Assembly: GCA_030141605.1 (NCBI GenBank)
Contig: JAQGDQ010000213.1
Coordinates: forward strand, 1-64,000
Source: Tubiluchus corallicola
Lineage: Eukaryota; Animalia; Priapulida
Reading direction: 5' to 3'
DNA: 64,000 nt
Shown: positions 59,101 to 64,000 of the stretch, piece after piece
How the letters are laid out: every line of letters starts with the position of its first letter
Position numbering within the stretch: the first letter of the stretch is position 1
Made by a program: the position numbers and the translations under genes
The notes under the pieces: model-generated
What the model was told of the DNA's origin: nothing
Seen by the model: only the letters and a program-made list of their open reading frames with translations
Databases searched by the model: none

Positions 59101-62100
59101 TATTTGATCACAACTACCAGGCTGCATAATTATAATAATTCTGTCAAAATTCGGTTTTGGGACAAAAGCTATTGAAATAATTAGAAATGTGCTAAATACG
59201 TCTTTTTTGAATAAATTTGATTATGTAATCCGCAAAAAACAGAGCAAGCAACACAGAAGATAAAAGTTTAATATACATATATAAATATATATATATTATT
59301 GGTGATGTACCTCCATCTAATGCACCTAACGTGCATGTGGGAAGTGCACTTTGACCTAGGCTGCCCAACACAGTGCTCTTGGTGAAATGTTTGCTCTTTG
59401 TTTCTTTCTAGGCTCTGATATTGAGTGGTAGAAGTGGACATGTCTTGTGGTCCTTAGACTTTCCCACTCATGAACATACTAGCCCCACTTACATAAAAGA
59501 GTGGAGAAATCATAGCAGTGCTTTCATTTTTAGCGTACACGGGAAACTCGGTGATAGTGTTGTTGTGCCTTGGCCAGAATTGGTATGTTTTTTGAAGCAA
59601 AGTTTTGCTTTTTATTTATTCTTGCACTTCTTGCTCCTAAATCCAGGCAGATGAAAAGATTCGTGATTGAAATCTATCATAGTGAGTTAGAAGGGAGAAT
59701 GAAATTATTATTATTATAATTCTATTTTATTATATATATATGATCATAAATTAATACATAATATACATAAATTCCCTCTATTTGCAGGGACCAGTATGAA
59801 CATTATTATAATAAGTTAGAAAATAATTACAATTATCCCTTTTAATATCACTGGTGACTATGATAACAGTAAAACAGTTATATTCAAAAATATATCAACA
59901 ACTACAAGCAACATAGTTAGATTTACCTTTAAATGTACATTTTCCTAATTTTATAAATAACTCTTACTTTTACATTTTCCTAAACGCATCACAATCTAAT
60001 TATATAAAATGACATTAACCGGAACTCACATTTTTAAAAATAAACTCCACATTTTTTCCGCTATACTTTCCTTTTTAGCGTTTTTAACAATTTCTACAAA
60101 CGCATCAATAGCATTTCTACTTATTCTGTATATATCCTTAAGTTGCCTAGATGGAAGTGCAGTTTCAAATTTCCTTCTGAGTTCGTCTTTTATTAGAGGG
60201 CAGTTAAAAATTATATGCTCTGGCATTTGGCTGTTTGCATTGCATTTACACATATCAGTTTCTATCAGACCAATTCTATTGCTTAACTCATTACAACCTC
60301 TCCCTAATGATAAGTTGAAAGCAATAGTTTCAGTAACACGTTCATTTCTTGTTATTTGCAGTTCTAAAGGTTTTACGTAAACTTTAACTTCTTCAACAGA
60401 GTTTCCAGCTAACTGGTTTCAATGAAACACTTCTTTTCCATAAAAACTCCAAGAATTTTTGACATTCTTTCTTTGTGTATTTTAGATTGTCTTGTGGAAT
60501 TGACTGTAGCATTTCATTTCGATTTGCGTTTAGGCCTTTAATGGTTTTTAAGAATAATCTAGCCTTATTTAGGTGTTCTACCAGGAAATGGCTGCAATAT
60601 TCAGCACTGATGTAATTCTCGTCCGCTTTAACTAGTTCTTTTCTGACTAAGTCATCTGCAGGTAAAGTATGTAATTTTGAAAACTGACTTAACAGATAAA
60701 ACGGAATAAATAACATCCATTGATCCATTGATGGTAGTCCTATAATTAATTCAGTTTCAATTTTTGGAGGGCGAAAATCTACTCCTGTTGCCGTTTTTAA
60801 CACATCATATAGTATATCATCAAAAGCTCTGATGTTCTTTGCTAACCAAGCTATCGAGGCGTACAAAATCATTGGAAGTACCATGATATTAAAAGTCTCA
60901 AAATTGTCTTCATTTGCAAACCTTTGTGCCGGAATCAAAACTGTTTTATCTGGTGCCATATTTTCCACGCCTTTATCCTGGTGTCTAAAACGTGTGCATT
61001 AAACTTTAATTGGTTGTCCACTGTGACACCCAGCACTTTGTTTTTTCTACATAATCAATAGGATTATTTTCAAATTTGAGGTTTGGTGGATCTGGTTCCC
61101 AATTCAAAATTTTTGAGTTCTTGTACAAAATGGCTTCAGTTTTGTTTTTAGCACAGTTTATGTTCATCTGCCATATCTTACACCAAGTGTACAGTTTATC
61201 GCAATATTTTTGTGATTTTAAATAACATTCATAGTTTGTGTCAGCTGTGATTAGCGAAGAACCATCCTTTGCATAGAAAGCTTTTTGAAAGTCACAAAGA
61301 ATTGCAATGCAGCTTGTTTTAAGTAAATTTGTTCTAGTCAGGACAGAAATAAGCCTGACTAAGTAGCGTACTGTACTGTGTCTGGGCCTGAAGCTTTCTT
61401 GCTCATCATCAGTAATGTCATATGCATCATAAAATTATCTTATACAATTTTCAAGAAGCTTTTCTGCTAGTTTTCCATAGTAGCAGGTAATGCTGATAGG
61501 CCTATAATTATTAGGGTCACTTACCCTAATAAATCGGACTTGCCATTCTTTTTATTAAATGTTACTTTTGAGTCATTCCATGGCCAAATATTGCTTTCTA
61601 AGCAAATGTTGAGTATATTGAGAAAGGTGGCTTTAGCCCAAAATCCCATGTTTTTTATCATTAGTGGCTGAAACCCATGAATGTCTATGCTCTTGTTATT
61701 GGTTTTAACACTTTTTATTGTATTATTTAGTTTCCTCATGCTAAACCTACCATTTTCCCATCTTTTCTTTTGAAGCGTTCAATCTGGATCTTGTCAAAGT
61801 ATCTCTCTATATCGATGCGTATTACTGCGTCACTCAAGCCCATATCACAGTCACGCAAGATCCCTGTACGCGGGGATACTGGCTTTCTTACGCAAGTACC
61901 ACCTCCCAAAAATTCTGGCTTCCAGTTCTTTATCATATCGTTTGCTGTTGCTTTATCTGGAACTTGCAACTGAATTTTCCCTCTGGATGTTCTGAAGGCA
62001 ATATCACATTTCATTCTCGGAAAATGTGTACACAAATTCTTTTTAATGTTAATGCTGGAACTGACAAGATGTTTTTCGCTCACATTTTGTCCAATGACAG

Positions 62101-63166
62101 TTTTATCAGGGTCATATATGGACGAGGAGATACTTAAAGTGTTACTTGTCTTGGCTGTTTCAGAGAATGACGTTGACAAGTTTTTTCTGACTGCATTGCT
62201 ATAAAAAGATTTGTCAGTTTGGCCTGATATTATTCGTGAAATCTTTTTGTCTAGGTTTACAACCAAGTTCTTAACTGTTTCCAGTTTTCTAGTGTTTGTT
62301 GCGAATTTTCATGTCCTCTCGTGACTTAGTTTTTCAACATCTTTTGACTTCTTGATTAAATTTACAGCAAATGCTTTCATTTCTGCAACTGAGCTATACT
62401 CAGCGTCATCTGCCTCGTTAGTACAGTTGGCATTATCATCCCGGTTGTTGTCATTATTATCGTTATCAACACCATCATAACTATCAACGTCAGAATCACC
62501 ATCAGCATTGTTTACAGCAGCAAACCTGCCATCGAGGGCGGCGTCACGCTCATTTATTTGTTGGCTATTATAGCGTTGAGAGGCTTCGGACTGCTTTGTG
62601 TAACAGTGGTTACAGATGACAGCAGTAATTTTTGTTGGCCAAATAGGCGATGCAGTTTTTCTGCAAATATCGCAGGCTGTTTTTTTGGGATTCATGCATT
62701 GCTGACTAAGGTTCTCATCACAACTATGGGTAGCAGCACATTTGGCACATACAACAGCACTAATCTTTGTAGGTTGCACTGGTTTCTGGGTAGACCTACA
62801 TATTTTGCAGCCTTTGTTTTGTGTTTGAGATGCATGCTGGTCTGAATCCGCCATGCCTTTGGGCCTCAAATAGGCCTGCTTGTTGGCCTATTCAAAGTTG
62901 TTGACTGGCTTAATTACCTAGTCCAACCAGTGCAGGTACAAGTGGCTATAGTTGCAATAATAATTTTTTAAACAAAGAGTTATTTCTTTACCTCAAGATT
63001 TCAAGTCTTCAGGTTCTTTGCAGTTGAAAATATCACCAATGGATTGTTCACCAATTTACGATTTTTACACTATAAGTTTTGTCACAAAACTTTTTAATAA
63101 ATTATTAAAAAATGATAGTTTACTCGGAACAAAATACTCATGAGGAGAATGAAAGAGAGAAAGAGA

Positions 63167-63257
<91 letters not shown>

Positions 63258-63735
63258 CGAGAGAGAGAGTTTCATTAGTTAGTCAATCAATCATTCAATT
63301 ACTCACATATGTATTTATTTTCGTTTAATATTTTGTAAAGTAATGCACTTCGTTCGTTTTCTTTCGTGGTTGAGCCCTAATTGTAGTATGATGTAGTTTG
63401 CTGGCTAGATAACCTAGTGTGGCCTACAGGTTCTTCGCTGCCCTTCTCCTTTGTTACATAATATTGCATGTATTCCTAATACTGTATTTTGATAATTCTT
63501 GCGGAGTCAATAAATAAATTGAATTGAATTGAATTTGCTTAATCATTGGTTCATTTTTCTTTCATTGTTTGATAGGGTCCTACAGTTTGTTCAGCGAATG
63601 TATCTGATTATTCAATCAACTTTTATGCCATTGATTCTTCGTATAAAATTGAGCACGTAGCCACACAGCCATCTGTGTTATATCGTTATGCTTCAAACAA
63701 CTGTACACTGTTCACTCCTGGAGAACTGTCATTTG
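53127..63735 (+). CDS. FAM234A/B (ITFG3)-like type II membrane beta-propeller protein; continues beyond the window
   Basis: Exons 53127-53556, 53754-53942, 54935-55056, 55355-55496, 56465-56579, 57894-58061, 58901-58979, 59412-59582, 63576-63735, all GT-AG and phase-consistent. Acidic N-terminus (DSESDEE), TM helix 'MGFFLTSLILAVSFVVVFLFIIPC', FG-GAP-like 'DVNSDGVTDI' and 'DFDSDGVADVL', propeller repeats 'GSILWQ' and 'SGRSGHVLWS'. Confidence 0.82.
59700..63130 (-). mobile_element. Degenerate, internally deleted non-LTR retrotransposon (I-group-like) in FAM234 intron 8
   Basis: ORF1-like 62854-~61740 has one in-frame stop at 62309. RT fragments include 'WPWNDSKVTF..K.GK', 'YRPISITCYYGKLAEK', 'DFQKAF', 'YAKDG' and 'VLGVTVDNQLKF'. 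The C-terminus has 'CKC...PEHIIFNC', and there is a (TAA)n-like tail at ~59703-59720. Confidence 0.85.
63153..63269 (+). repeat. (GA)n microsatellite at the 5' boundary of the LINE
   Basis: ~115 bp of GA repeats. Confidence 0.98.
63340..63535 (+). mobile_element. CR1/L2-like LINE 3' UTR remnant with (ATTGA)n tail
   Basis: GCTAGATAACC...GGTTCTTCGC stem-like segment, then AATAAA followed by ATTGAATTGAATTGAATT. Confidence 0.5.
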
Positions 63736-64000
63736 GTAGGACGAGTTAATTGTACACTCTTTAAGTAAACATCTTGATCCGTTTGTAAGGAATGAAAAAG
63801 TCCTAGTGCTTAAAATTGTTTATTGTTAAACACAAAAAGTTAAATTTTGGCTTTGAAAAGTAATACTGTAAGTCCTTGCTTAATGATCTTAATCGCCATT
63901 TTAGTCCCAATTTGAATCGTCGAAACTGTGCCACTTTATGATGAACATTTTGTTCTAATAAGCAATTTTTGGTTCTACTTAAAGCAGTATACTGCTACAG

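Overview
AT-rich, intron-containing animal genomic DNA; the repeat content suggests a mollusc or other lophotrochozoan (inference). Six protein-coding genes were reconstructed by hand from GT-AG junctions with consistent reading-frame phase. (1) An R7-family RGS gene (DEP-DHEX-GGL-RGS, RGS9/11/EAT-16-like), + strand, 16 exons at 1506-19753, 5' end unresolved. (2) MGST1-like, - strand, 3 exons. (3) GALK1, - strand, 8 exons, 392 aa. (4) Intronless BLOC1S3-like, + strand. (5) SCFD1/Sly1, - strand, with only one intron. (6) FAM234-like, + strand, running off the window end. Introns and intergenic DNA carry many mobile-element relics: a hAT MITE with an exact 8-bp TSD, a PIF/Harbinger deletion derivative with a TAA TSD, two inverted copies of a ~750-bp TIR element bracketing the BLOC1S3-SCFD1 block, a doubly internally deleted LINE, a PHD/coiled-coil/CCCH ORF1 relic, SINE/HINE remnants and microsatellites. 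Most notable are the almost intronless SCFD1, the inverted MITE pair in both divergent intergenic regions, and a near-perfect 77-nt hairpin just upstream of a 36-nt microexon. I found no convincing wholly new multi-gene system.
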